The notes: generated from the letters alone by a model not told the origin. Shown: positions 36,512 to 47,296, numbered from the stretch's first letter. The stretch: 64,000 nucleotides of DNA from an uncultured Adlercreutzia sp. (GCF_958431955.1 NZ_CAUASN010000009.1:11645-75644); one strand, 5' to 3'. Numbers and translations: made by a program.

Positions 36512-38062
36512 CTACTCGGCTCCCCCCTGCGCACCGCTGCCAGCGCCGTTCGCACCGCCACCGTTCGCGCCCGCGCCACTGTCCTTGGGCTTGCGGCTGC
36601 GGCGGCGCCGACGCGGCTTGCGCGCGCCCTCGGCGGCCTCGCCCGGCGCGCCCGCGCTACCCTCGGGGCGGGTCGCCGACAGGCCCGACGACTTCTGCCC
36701 GGGCCGTGCGCCCCCGCGGGGCTTGCCGGCACCCGACGCGCCCTTGCCACCGTTGCCGCCGCCGGAGCCGGCGTTGCCCTTGCCGCGGCCCTGCCCCTGG
36801 GAGGAGCGGCCCGCATCCGCGCGCCCGGCGCCGTCCTTCGCGCGCCGCGTCCGCCGCGGCTTGGGCGCGCCGCCCTCGGCAGCACCCTCGTCCCGCGAAG
36901 TGGACACGCGCTCCAAAGCGCGGCCGTCCTCGGCCGAGGAGAGCTTCGTGGAACGGCGGCGCTTGCGGGGCGCCGGCGCGGCCGCAGCCACCCCCGAGCC
37001 CTCGCCGCGGCCGACCGAGCGCTTGTTGCGCCCGCGACCGCCCTCGCCGCCGCGGCTGCGGCCCGAGCCCGATCCCTTGCGCGACGAGCCGCCGCCGGTA
37101 TGGCGAACCTTCGCGCCCTCGGCCAGCTTGTCGGAGCCGGTGAACTGGCTCGTCGAGAAGATGAGCGCCTCGCCCAGCCCGCTGCCGTGCTCGGCTGTGG
37201 CCTCCTCCCAGGCCTCCTCGCCCACGGAGTTGGGGCGGTTCGCGCCCTCCGGCGCCGGGTCGAAGGCGGCAAGCGGCACCTTCACCGGCTTTTCGCCCTC
37301 CACCTTCAGCGTGATGATCTCCTGGGGCACATCGTGGTCGATCACCTTGGCCGGCCCCAAGGGGGTCTGCACGGTGCCGTTGAGCTTGGGCGCCCGGCCC
37401 TTGAAGTCCTTGTAGGCGTCGAACTCGTAGCGCAAACAGCACATAAGGCGCCCGCACAGACCCGAGATCTTCTGCGGGTTCAACGAGAGCCCCTGCTCCT
37501 TGGCCATGCGGATGGACACCGGGCAGAACTCGCCGCCGAGCCGCTTGCAGCACAGCTCCTGGCCGCAGTGGCCGATGCCGCCCACCATGCGGGCCTCGTC
37601 GCGCACGCCGATCTGGCGCATGTCGATGCGCACGTGGAAGCGGCTGGCCAGCTTGCGCACCAGCTCGCGGAAGTCGATGCGCTCCTCGGCCTCGAAGTAG
37701 AAGACGGCCTTGTCGCCGTCGAGCAAGAACTCCACCGAGACGGGGTGCATGTCCTCGTGGGCCTCCCGCGCCATCTCCTTGAAGACGGGCAGCGCCTCGC
37801 GGGACTTCTCCTCCATCTCGCGCGCCCGCTCCACGTCCTCCTCGGTGGCGATGCGCTCCACCGGGCGCAGGGCGCTCTTCAAGGCGCGCACCTGCTCCTC
37901 GGGCACCTCGATCGCGTCGCTCGCGGCAATGCCGAACTCGGTGCCGCGGGCGGTGCGCACCACCACGGGCATGTCTTTCTCTATCTCCAACTCGCCGGGA
38001 TTGAACCACAGCGTCTTGGGGTTGAAGGTCAAGTTAATCGGTGCGACCCGAACCATGGACAA
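36512..38062 (-). CDS. ricT: PSP1-domain protein RicT/YaaT with a ~195-aa R/G/K/A-rich C-terminal tail
   Basis: FYFEAEERIDFRELVRKLASRFHVRIDMRQIGVRDEARMVGGIGHCGQELCCKRL...GLCGRLMCCLRYE is the PSP1 domain. The conserved ricT-holB-tmk neighbourhood supports the call. Confidence 0.85.
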   Translation of the reverse strand: MSMVRVAPINLTFNPKTLWFNPGELEIEKDMPVVVRTARGTEFGIAASDAIEVPEEQVRALKSALRPVERIATEEDVERAREMEEKSREALPVFKEMAREAHEDMHPVSVEFLLDGDKAVFYFEAEERIDFRELVRKLASRFHVRIDMRQIGVRDEARMVGGIGHCGQELCCKRLGGEFCPVSIRMAKEQGLSLNPQKISGLCGRLMCCLRYEFDAYKDFKGRAPKLNGTVQTPLGPAKVIDHDVPQEIITLKVEGEKPVKVPLAAFDPAPEGANRPNSVGEEAWEEATAEHGSGLGEALIFSTSQFTGSDKLAEGAKVRHTGGGSSRKGSGSGRSRGGEGGRGRNKRSVGRGEGSGVAAAAPAPRKRRRSTKLSSAEDGRALERVSTSRDEGAAEGGAPKPRRTRRAKDGAGRADAGRSSQGQGRGKGNAGSGGGNGGKGASGAGKPRGGARPGQKSSGLSATRPEGSAGAPGEAAEGARKPRRRRRSRKPKDSGAGANGGGANGAGSGAQGGAE

Positions 38063-39191
38063 CCTCTCTTACGTCGAACAGCAACGCGTCGATGCACGTT
38101 TCCGGGGATACATTATAGGCAAGGGCGCGCTCGCACTCGTCCACCTTGGCGGCGGCTGCGGCCAAGCGGCCCGCATCGGCGCCCGAGAACAGGCCGACGA
38201 GGGTGTCGCGCGCATCGGTGTTGACGATCAGGTCGGGAGCGCCGGCGGCCACCATCATGCCGTCGCGCAGCCACGAGCGCACGATGGAGGTGGTCTGGCG
38301 CAGGCACTCGGTGGTCTTCGCCGAGAGCGACCGCTTGTTGCGGGCCTCGATCTGGCGGATGGCCGACTTCGCGAGGAAGTCCGCGTTCTCGGCCAGCTCC
38401 GCCTCCTGGGAGGCGCGCACCTCGTCGAGGGGCGCCTGGGAGGCCTTCAGGATGTCGCGGGCCATCTCCACCACGTCCCAGTCGTCGGCCTGCCCGAGCC
38501 GCGCGAGGGCGGCCAGAAGCCGGCTGCGGAAGGACAGGCGCTCGTTGCCTGGCGCCTGCAGAAAGGCCACGGCCGCCGTGATGGAGCCGCCGCAGGCCTC
38601 GATGGCCATGCGCGCCTGGTCGGGGGCGGCGCCGGTGTTCTGCGCCACGATGCCGGCCGCCTCGGAGGCCGGGATATGCCGGAAGGGCACCACCTGGCAG
38701 CGGGAGACGATGGTGGGCAGCACCGACTCGCGGGTACGGCCCAGAAGGATCATCACCACATCGGACTCGGGCTCCTCCAGCGTCTTCAGAAAGGCGTTGG
38801 CGGCGCTCGCGCCCAGCTGGTCCACGCGGTCCAGGATGTAGATCTTCTTATCGGCCTGGATGGGCGCGAGCGACACGTCGGCCACGATCTCGCGCACCTG
38901 CTCCACCAGGTACCCGGCGGCCCCCTCGGGGGCGAAGTAGCGCACATCGGGGTGCTTGCGGCGCATCACGCGGTCGCAGCGGCTGCAGTCGCCGCACATG
39001 CCGCCGCGGGGCCCCTTGGGGCCCTTGGGGCACAGAAGCGCCTGGGCGAGCGCGTAGGCCGCGAGCGTCTTGTTGGAGCCCGCCGGCCCCACGAACAGGT
39101 AGGCCTGGGTCACCCGCTCGGACACCACCGACGCGCGCAGAAACTCGCGCACCTTCGGCTGGCCCAGGATGTTCTCGAAGGCATCAGCCAC
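38034..39191 (-). CDS. holB: DNA polymerase III subunit delta'
   Basis: QAYLFVGPAGSNKTLAAYALAQALLC ... CGDCSRCDRV ... ANAFLKTLEEP. Confidence 0.85.
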   Translation of the reverse strand: MADAFENILGQPKVREFLRASVVSERVTQAYLFVGPAGSNKTLAAYALAQALLCPKGPKGPRGGMCGDCSRCDRVMRRKHPDVRYFAPEGAAGYLVEQVREIVADVSLAPIQADKKIYILDRVDQLGASAANAFLKTLEEPESDVVMILLGRTRESVLPTIVSRCQVVPFRHIPASEAAGIVAQNTGAAPDQARMAIEACGGSITAAVAFLQAPGNERLSFRSRLLAALARLGQADDWDVVEMARDILKASQAPLDEVRASQEAELAENADFLAKSAIRQIEARNKRSLSAKTTECLRQTTSIVRSWLRDGMMVAAGAPDLIVNTDARDTLVGLFSGADAGRLAAAAAKVDECERALAYNVSPETCIDALLFDVREVVHGSGRTD

Positions 39192-40188
39192 GCCGCTCCC
39201 CCTTCGATCGCTTGCGCCCCTTGGCCCCCTTCCCGCCGGAGCGGGCCTTGCCGTCCGACGAGTCCTTGGACTTGCGCTTCTCGCCGGCCCGGCCGTCCTT
39301 CCCGCCTCGATCGCCCTTGCGGTCGCGGCGGCGCTTGCGGGCGTCCTTGCGGCGGCGCTCCCGCGCGCGCTCGCGGCGCTTCTCCTCCATTACCTCGGTG
39401 ACGAGAACGTCCAGCGAGCTGTCGTCGGCAGCGAGAGCCTCGGCCGCCCCGGGCAGCACATCGTCCAGCGCGGCGAGCACGGCGCGGAAGGTGTCGGCCC
39501 GGTGCAGCTGCGACTCCACCCGGTGCACGCGCGCCGGATCGGCGGCGGCCAGCTCTTCGAAGCCGTCGGCCACGCGGCGGTGGAACGCGTCGCCGGCCCT
39601 CTCGAGCCGATCGGCCCCCTCGCGGCGCCCCATGCGCGAGCGCACGACCTCCTCCGAGGCCACGAGCAGCACCGTGGCGTCGGGAGCCAGCCCGTCGCAG
39701 GCGAAGCGGTTGGCCGCCTCGATGAAGAAGCCGTCCAAGCCCCGGCCCGCGCCCTGGTAGGCCACCGTGGAGTCGTAGAAGCGGTCGCACAGCACGACCG
39801 CACCCCGCCCGAGAGCGGGCTTTATCACCTCGTCGACGATCTGGGCCCGGGCGGCCTCGTAGATGAGCAGCTCGGCGCGGTCGCTCATGGCCCCGTGGGC
39901 CGGGTCGAGCACCACGCGCCGCAAAGACTCGCCCACGGCCGTGCCGCCGGGCTCGCGCAGGCGCAGCACCTCGCACCCGCGTTCTTCCAGGAAGCGCGCG
40001 AGAAATCGGATCTGGGTGGACTTGCCCGCCCCGTCGCCGCCCTCGAAGGTGATGAACAGCCCGCGCGGCGGCTCGGCGGCCGAGGATGCTCTCCCGATGT
40101 CGTCGGACGGCTTCGCGCACGGGGCTTCCGCAGCGCGGCCGGCCGCCCCTTCCCGAATCGGATCCATCGTCTCTCCCCGCATCTCCAC
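39184..40188 (-). CDS. tmk: dTMP kinase with a ~40-aa N-terminal extension and a 67-aa K/R-rich C-terminal tail
   Basis: GLFITFEGGDGAGKSTQIRFLARFLEERGCEVLRLREPGGT. In the tail 33 of 67 residues are K/R (hand count). Confidence 0.85.
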   Translation of the reverse strand: MEMRGETMDPIREGAAGRAAEAPCAKPSDDIGRASSAAEPPRGLFITFEGGDGAGKSTQIRFLARFLEERGCEVLRLREPGGTAVGESLRRVVLDPAHGAMSDRAELLIYEAARAQIVDEVIKPALGRGAVVLCDRFYDSTVAYQGAGRGLDGFFIEAANRFACDGLAPDATVLLVASEEVVRSRMGRREGADRLERAGDAFHRRVADGFEELAAADPARVHRVESQLHRADTFRAVLAALDDVLPGAAEALAADDSSLDVLVTEVMEEKRRERARERRRKDARKRRRDRKGDRGGKDGRAGEKRKSKDSSDGKARSGGKGAKGRKRSKGERRG

Positions 40189-40192
40189 GAAT

Positions 40193-41362
<1,170 letters not shown>

Positions 41363-41623
41363 AAGTTCCGAATCCTTAGAACGTTTTCTCCCGTCTAACC
41401 TGCCCATTGTACCCGAACCGCCCGCGAGCCGCCCCGCCTGCGCACAAGCACCACACCGCCCGGCATCGATCGGCAATCCCAGGAATCCCTCTTCCGCCAA
41501 CCGAGAGAGCGGCTTTTGGGACAAAACGAACGGTTTTGGTAGTTCTTGCTCGCCTGAAATCTAAAGCGCGCAATCGCCACCAGGCAAAACACGCGACTAG
41601 GAACGATCCAATTGGAGGGGAAC

Positions 41624-41657
41624 CTACGAAAACCGTGCTTTTCTTCTCGTTTCGTAG
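41624..41657. promoter_or_regulatory. inverted repeat in the malic enzyme / fumarase divergent region
   Basis: CTACGAAA (41624-41631) and TTTCGTAG (41650-41657) are perfect 8-nt arms with an 18-nt spacer, about 50 nt upstream of the fumarase ATG. Confidence 0.25.
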
Positions 41658-41708
41658 CAATGCGCCGAGCGCGAGGTGCGCTACACTGTTCCCGTCGAAA
41701 GGAATTCC

Positions 41709-42611
41709 ATGAACGCAGACAACCCGAGCGGAGCCGCCCTGCGCCCGAACGACGGCACGGAAGTCGCCGCCCTTACCGCCGAGGCCGTTGCCGCTGCCGT
41801 CTACGACGCCATCCGTACCTGCGCCGTCACGCTGCGGCGCGACTTCCAGCGCGCCATCGAGTGCGCCCGCGCCCAGGCCGCACCTGCAAGCCGTGCCGCC
41901 GGCGTGCTCGACCGCATCTTGGAGAATGCCCGCATCGGCGCGGAAGATAACGTACCCATCTGCCAGGACACCGGCAGCGTGTGGGTGTGCCTGGAGGTGG
42001 GTGAGGAGCTTTCCGTGCCCGGCACCATCTTCAGCGGCGTGAACGACGCGGTGGCCCGGGCCTACACCGACGGGGCCCTGCGCATGTCGCTCGTGCGCGA
42101 CGCGCTCTTCGACCGTGCCAATACCCGAAACAACACCCCGGCCTTCTGCGAGCTGAAGCTCGTGCCCGGCGCCCATGCCACGCTGCACGTGCTGTTGAAG
42201 GGCGGCGGCTCGGACAACGCCTCCCGCGTGGTCATGCTGCCCCCGGGCGCGGGAGCGGCCGGCGTGCGCGAGGTAGTGCTCGACTGCGTGCGCGAGAAGG
42301 CCGCCAACGCCTGCCCGCCGCTCGTCATCGGCCTGGGCGTGGGAGGCACCTTCGACAAGGTGGCGGGCCTGGCCAAGCACGCCCTGCTGCGCGAGGTGGG
42401 AAGCCCCGCCGCCAGCGCAAAGGCCGCGGCCTTCGAGGAAGAGCTGCTCGCCGAGGTGAACGCCCTCGGCATCGGGCCGGCGGCCCTAGGCGGCGCGCCC
42501 ACCGCCGTGGCCGTGCACCTGGAAACGGCCCCCTGCCACATCGCCGCGCTGCCCGTGGCCGTGAACATGGGCTGCTGCGCCATGCGCAGCGCCTCCGTCC
42601 AACTCGTCTAA
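41709..42611 (+). CDS. class I (Fe-S) fumarate hydratase / tartrate dehydratase, alpha subunit
   Basis: NVPICQDTGSVWVCLEVGEE ... LKGGGSDN ... PPLVIGLGVGGTFD. I take ATG 41709 (MNADN) as the start. Confidence 0.85.
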   Translation: MNADNPSGAALRPNDGTEVAALTAEAVAAAVYDAIRTCAVTLRRDFQRAIECARAQAAPASRAAGVLDRILENARIGAEDNVPICQDTGSVWVCLEVGEELSVPGTIFSGVNDAVARAYTDGALRMSLVRDALFDRANTRNNTPAFCELKLVPGAHATLHVLLKGGGSDNASRVVMLPPGAGAAGVREVVLDCVREKAANACPPLVIGLGVGGTFDKVAGLAKHALLREVGSPAASAKAAAFEEELLAEVNALGIGPAALGGAPTAVAVHLETAPCHIAALPVAVNMGCCAMRSASVQLV

Positions 42612-42620
42612 GGAGCCGCC

Positions 42621-43172
42621 ATGGCAAAAACCGTATCCCTTACCCTGCCGCTTTTGCGGGAAGATGTGGCGAATCTGGAAGCGGGCGACGAGGTGCTGCT
42701 CTCGGGCCCCGTGTACACCATGCGCGACGCGGGCCACGAGCGTGCCCTGCTGTGCTTGGAAGAGACTGGGCAGCTGCCCTTTAACCTGGAAGGCGCCACG
42801 CTCTTCTACGCCGGCCCCACGCCGGCCGCCGCCGGACGTCCCTTAGGGTCGGTCGGCCCCACCACCGCCAGCCGCATGGACTTCGCCACGCCGCAGCTGT
42901 TCGCCGCCGGCATCGTGGCCGCCATCGGCAAGGGCAAGCGCAGCGCCGAAGTCGTGCAGGCCTGCCAGGACACCGGCAGCGTGTACCTCTGCACCGTCGG
43001 CGGCATCGCCGCCCTTCTGGCCAAGGCCGTCACGGCAAGCGAGCTCGTCGGCTGGGACGACCTCGGTACCGAGGCTTTGCGCAAGCTCGAGCTGAAAGAC
43101 TTCCCCACCTACGTCGCCGTCGATACAAACGGAAACGACCTCTACCGCGAAATAGAGGCCGCTTCCCAGTAA
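42621..43172 (+). CDS. class I fumarate hydratase / tartrate dehydratase, beta subunit
   Basis: LEAGDEVLLSGPVYTMRDAGHER ... FYAGPTP ... GPTTASRMD ... IGKGKRS. It starts 9 nt after the alpha subunit stop. Confidence 0.85.
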   Translation: MAKTVSLTLPLLREDVANLEAGDEVLLSGPVYTMRDAGHERALLCLEETGQLPFNLEGATLFYAGPTPAAAGRPLGSVGPTTASRMDFATPQLFAAGIVAAIGKGKRSAEVVQACQDTGSVYLCTVGGIAALLAKAVTASELVGWDDLGTEALRKLELKDFPTYVAVDTNGNDLYREIEAASQ

Positions 43173-43198
43173 ACGCTGTTCGATTAACCGCACGAGAA

Positions 43199-43234
43199 GC
43201 GCTCGGAGGTGCCCGCTCGCAGACCTCTGAGCGC
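43199..43234. terminator. GC-rich hairpin between the convergent fumarase and topA genes (no T-run)
   Basis: 12-bp stem gcgctcggaggt / acctctgagcgc (one G:T), 12-nt loop. Confidence 0.35.
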
Positions 43235-43401
43235 CCCGCGAAGAACGCGATTCTTAAGAAATAGCTTCCACTTCAGCACCAACGATGCCGGAATTGTACC
43301 GAAATGCGTGCGTTCCTTCCGCTATTTCCTTAACGGCGTTCGCAGCGGGAGCAGCGCTCAGCGGGCTGCGAGCGGGCACCTCCGAGCGCTTCCCAATAAT
43401 G

Positions 43402-45909
43402 TTACTTCTTCCGAGAACCCCTCTTGGCGCCGCCCTTCTTGGCCGTCTTCGCCTTCTCCTCTTCCTCCTTGCCGGGGCAGTCGAAGTTGGGGCAGAGCTT
43501 CCAGGGCCCGCGGGCGGTCTTCACCACCACCATGGGCGCGCCGCAATGCTCGCACACCTCCTCGGTGGGGACGATGTCGCCGTACTGGGGCAGCGGGTAA
43601 CGCGTCTGGCACTCATCGAAGTTCTCGCAGGTGATGGAGCGCTTGAGCGTGCGCGGGTTGCGGCGGGCGATGAGCTGCTTGTCCAGGCCGCGCGCAGCAC
43701 AGGTCGGGCACTTCCCCACTACCACCTCGGGCTCCTGGTTCGTGGGGCAGTTCGGGTCGATGCACTGCACGCGGGGCTTCGCGCGGAAAGCCGTCACCTT
43801 CACCTGGGGCATGCCGCAGGTGGGGCACTTCTCGGGGACCGCCTCGATCTTGCCCTTGGGAAGCGGATAGGTCACATCGCAGTCGGGCCAGCCGGCGCAC
43901 CCGATGAACATCGACTTGGTCTTGTGGCTCGCCCGCAGCTGCAGATCCCTGCCGCACTTGGGGCACGGGCCCACGTAGGCGTCGGCCGCCACGGCGTCCG
44001 ACAGGGCCTCGGCCACTTCCTCGGAATGGGGCATGAGGCTCTCCAGCTGCTCAGATAGAAGCTGGCGCGACTTCTCCACCACCTCGGCCTTGGTCACCTC
44101 GCCCTCGGCGATGCGGTCCATGGAGTGCTCCAGCTCGGCGGTCATCTCGGCGTGGGTGATGTGCGGCGCGAACTTGTCGAGGGCCTCGATGACGGCGATG
44201 CCGAGCTGCGAGGGCTCGATGGGGTCGTTCTGCACGTACTTTACCTGATAGAGGCGCTCGATGATGGAGGCGCGGGTGGACTTGGTGCCCAGCCCCAGCT
44301 TCTCCATCTCCTGCACGAGCTTGCCCTGGGAATAGCGCGCCGGCGGCTCGGTCTGCTTCTTTGTGCAGGTGGCGCCGTTGAAGGCGATGGTGTCGCCCTC
44401 GGCCATGGCGGGAAGCTGCTCGTCCTTCTTCAGGCCGTAGGGGTAGATGGCGCGGAAGCCGGGCACCGCCAGCACGTCGCCCTTGGCCACGAAGGGCTCG
44501 CCGGCCACGTCGAGGGTCACCTTCGTGCCCTCCACCGTGGCCGGACCCGACAGCGTGGCCAAAAAGCGCCGCGCGATGAGGTTGTACAGCTTGTAGTCGG
44601 CCGGCGACAGGTCGTCGGGGGTGGCCGCCGCCGTGGGGTACACCGGCGGGTGGTCGGTGGTCTCGGTCTTGCCGCGGGTGGCCTTCAGGGGGCCGGCGGC
44701 CAGAAGCTCGCGGCAGTAGGGGCCGTAGGCCGGATTCGCGGCGATGGCGTTCACCACCTCGGCCAGATCGAGCGAGTCAGGATAGACCGTGTTGTCCACG
44801 CGGGGGTAGGAGATGTAGCCGTCCATATACAGGCTCTCGGCGATGCGCATGCAGCGCGCGGGGCTTATGCCCTCGGCCGAGGCGGCCGCCATGAGCGAGG
44901 TGGTGTTGAAGGGCACGGGCGGGGCCACGGTGCGCTTCTTCTTCTCCACCGAGGCCACGCGCGCGCTCGTGGCGCCCGCGACGTGCTCCATGGCCGCATC
45001 GGCCTCGGCCTCCACCTTGAAGCGGGCCGTGGCATGCGGGGCCTCGAAGGCCTCGGCACCGTCGCCGGCGGTGGGGCCGACCGTCGCGCCGGCGTCGAAG
45101 GCGCCGCGGATGACCCAGTAGTCCTCGGGCACGAACGCCATGCGCTCGCGCTCGCGCTCGACGATGATGGCGAGGGTGGGCGTCTGCACGCGGCCCGACG
45201 AGCGCACGTTGCCGTAGCCGGCGAACTTCACGAGGGTGAGGTAGCGCGTGAGCACCGCGCCCCAGATAAGGTCGATGTCGCGGCGCGAGCCGCCGGCCGC
45301 GGCCAAATCGTCGTCCATGGGCACCAGGTTCGCGAAGGCATGGGTGATCTCGGGCTTGGTGAAGGCCGAATAGCGGGCGCGGGACACAGGGGCGGTGGCG
45401 TTCACCTCGCGGCAGCACGACAGCGCGTCGGAGCCGATGAGCTCGCCCTCGCGGTCGAAGTCGGTGGCGATCACGATGGAGTCGGCCTTCTTCGCCAGGT
45501 TCTTCAGCGAGCGGATGATGTCCTTTTCCTTCGGCAGCTTCTCAATGGGCGCGTAAATGAGGTAGGGCAGCGCCTCCATCTTCCAGCCCTTGAGCTCCAC
45601 GCCGTCGGCGGTGAAGGGCTTCTTTTTCTTGAAGGGCGGCGTGGGCAGGCTCGCGGGCAGCTCGGCCGGCACCGCCTCGCCCTCGGCGTTCACGCCGGAC
45701 CAGCCGCCGCGCTTCTTATATATGAGGGACGGCGTGAAGTCGGGCTCCAGGATATGGCCGCGCAGGCCGATGGTCACCCATTCCTCCCCGTCCACATCGA
45801 ACCGGTAGACCGGGGTATTGAACACCTTGTCGGCCTTCGGCTTGGTGGCTCCCAGCAAATCGGCGATCTTCACCGCCGCGTCGTTCTTCTCGGTGACAAC
45901 CAGCTTCAC
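43402..45909 (-). CDS. topA: DNA topoisomerase I (type IA) with four C-terminal zinc ribbons
   Basis: Toprim start VKLVVTEKNDAAVKIADLLG, EGELIG, four CxxC...C motifs (CPKCGRD, CPTCGMP, CPTCAARG, CEHCGAP) and a basic tail. I place the start at GTG 45909, behind GAAGGAGG. Confidence 0.9.
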   Translation of the reverse strand: MKLVVTEKNDAAVKIADLLGATKPKADKVFNTPVYRFDVDGEEWVTIGLRGHILEPDFTPSLIYKKRGGWSGVNAEGEAVPAELPASLPTPPFKKKKPFTADGVELKGWKMEALPYLIYAPIEKLPKEKDIIRSLKNLAKKADSIVIATDFDREGELIGSDALSCCREVNATAPVSRARYSAFTKPEITHAFANLVPMDDDLAAAGGSRRDIDLIWGAVLTRYLTLVKFAGYGNVRSSGRVQTPTLAIIVERERERMAFVPEDYWVIRGAFDAGATVGPTAGDGAEAFEAPHATARFKVEAEADAAMEHVAGATSARVASVEKKKRTVAPPVPFNTTSLMAAASAEGISPARCMRIAESLYMDGYISYPRVDNTVYPDSLDLAEVVNAIAANPAYGPYCRELLAAGPLKATRGKTETTDHPPVYPTAAATPDDLSPADYKLYNLIARRFLATLSGPATVEGTKVTLDVAGEPFVAKGDVLAVPGFRAIYPYGLKKDEQLPAMAEGDTIAFNGATCTKKQTEPPARYSQGKLVQEMEKLGLGTKSTRASIIERLYQVKYVQNDPIEPSQLGIAVIEALDKFAPHITHAEMTAELEHSMDRIAEGEVTKAEVVEKSRQLLSEQLESLMPHSEEVAEALSDAVAADAYVGPCPKCGRDLQLRASHKTKSMFIGCAGWPDCDVTYPLPKGKIEAVPEKCPTCGMPQVKVTAFRAKPRVQCIDPNCPTNQEPEVVVGKCPTCAARGLDKQLIARRNPRTLKRSITCENFDECQTRYPLPQYGDIVPTEEVCEHCGAPMVVVKTARGPWKLCPNFDCPGKEEEEKAKTAKKGGAKRGSRKK

Positions 45910-46335
45910 GAGCTTATCTCCTCCTTCGTGGCCGCGACGGCGCGCGGGCCTTCTGCATTCGCACGGTGCCCCATTCAAGTTTTACGTGCGCGGGGTTTGT
46001 CTGGGCGCAAAGCGGCCCGAATGGCGGCCGCGTTTTTGCGCGGGGCTTAGGATACACGATTTCGCCGCCACGGCAAGGGGCGCGGACGGCGGCCCTCAGG
46101 TTCCGTTCAGGCCCATGGGCGTTTGCTGCAGGTCTGATCGACAACCTTTGAAGATGCTGCGGGGGATTTATGGAGGAGCGCCATTGCGGGTTACCATGAG
46201 CCCGCGGCACCGTCGAATCACAGCACAGATTCGTCGAAACCGAGCATCTTCACACTACCGACGGCGCCCCACTGATCGCAGCGATTCGCGCGCACCGCCC
46301 GGAAATCCGGCGGCCCGCGCTTCCAGGAGGAGACC

Positions 46336-46836
46336 GTGGACAAAGCCATCAAGGGCCTCATGGGGCTGATCTTCGCCCTCATCATCGTCGTCGCCGTCTT
46401 CGGCATCCTTCCCCAAATGGGCGTGAAGCTCCCCTTCGGCGAGGGCGTCGCCTTCGAGAACCCCCTTTCGGGCCTGCTCGAGAACGGCAAGAACGCCGCT
46501 GCCAACGCGGCGCTCGACGCCACGGGGCTGAAGGGCAAGGCGAAGGCCGCCCTCGAGGGCAACCGCGACAAGATCGCCGCGGCCACCGGCATGTCCGATG
46601 CCGAGGTGGACGCCGCCATCGCCGCGCTGGACATCGACAGCTGGGAGGTGACGAGCCTGCCCGAAGGCGCCACCGAGACCGGGTCCTCCTCCATCAGCTA
46701 CGGCGGCACTGACGCCACCATCACTACCTACGACGATCCGAGCGTGGTCACCGTGAACGCCATGGGCCAGAACGTCACCCTCGCCGTCCCCGACTCCGCC
46801 CAGAGCTACCTGCCGTTCCTGGGGTATCTGGGGTAG
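46336..46836 (+). CDS. hypothetical N-terminally membrane-anchored protein
   Basis: GTG start behind CAGGAGGAG. One TM (GLMGLIFALIIVVAVFGIL), then an A/G/D-rich soluble part. High-GC codon usage like the flanks. No domain recognised. Confidence 0.5.
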   Translation: MDKAIKGLMGLIFALIIVVAVFGILPQMGVKLPFGEGVAFENPLSGLLENGKNAAANAALDATGLKGKAKAALEGNRDKIAAATGMSDAEVDAAIAALDIDSWEVTSLPEGATETGSSSISYGGTDATITTYDDPSVVTVNAMGQNVTLAVPDSAQSYLPFLGYLG

Positions 46837-46969
46837 GAGCGCGGGATTGGACATGCGCCGCGCCCTCAAGGGACACGCACGCCGCACGTCAGCCGCTGGG
46901 AAAGAGCGCCGCGGCGGGGCAGCAGCCCCTATAGCTTCCCGAGCGCTTCATACGACTGGCTCCCAAGCA

Positions 46970-47180
46970 CGAAAAGTCGCCCTCGGGACGCTGGTCGCGG
47001 CAAAAGCAGCCACCGAATTGCGAAAAGTCGCCCACGGGCAGCCCCTGCGCGAAGCCAGTTCCCACACCCTGCCACAATGAACTAGTCTTTTGCGGACGAC
47101 TGCTCCTCACTGCGCCCTCAACGCCCGAAAACCTCCCCGGAAAAGGCGACTTTCCGCCATCCAGTGGCGCATTTTCGCAA
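46970..47180. repeat. short repeat family CGAAAAGTCGCC (two direct, two inverted copies) in a non-coding stretch
   Basis: Copies 46970-46988 and 47021-47039 match in 18 of 19 nt (CGAAAAGTCGCCC[T/A]CGGG). Inverted copies are ggcgactttc (47145-47154) and ggcgcattttcgcaa (47166-47180, 13/15 to TTGCGAAAAGTCGCC). Confidence 0.5.
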
Positions 47181-47296
47181 CGGTGCTAAGCCGCGCACGC
47201 AGCAGAGGCCGGTCTGTCCCCGGCAGCATCCGACCACGGAGCCTCACCTGCCTCCTGAAACCGAGCCGCACAGCCGGCCTTTGACTGCCACCCCCA

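Noticed and set aside
34037-38224. 1395-aa plus-strand ORF
   Set aside because: It lies antisense to degV, pncB and ricT. Its composition is an artefact of GC-rich third positions on the opposite strand, and I recognise no domain. The same reasoning applies to 2769..4430, 20703..22646, 23205..25220, 25901..27163, 44125..46050 and similar ORFs.
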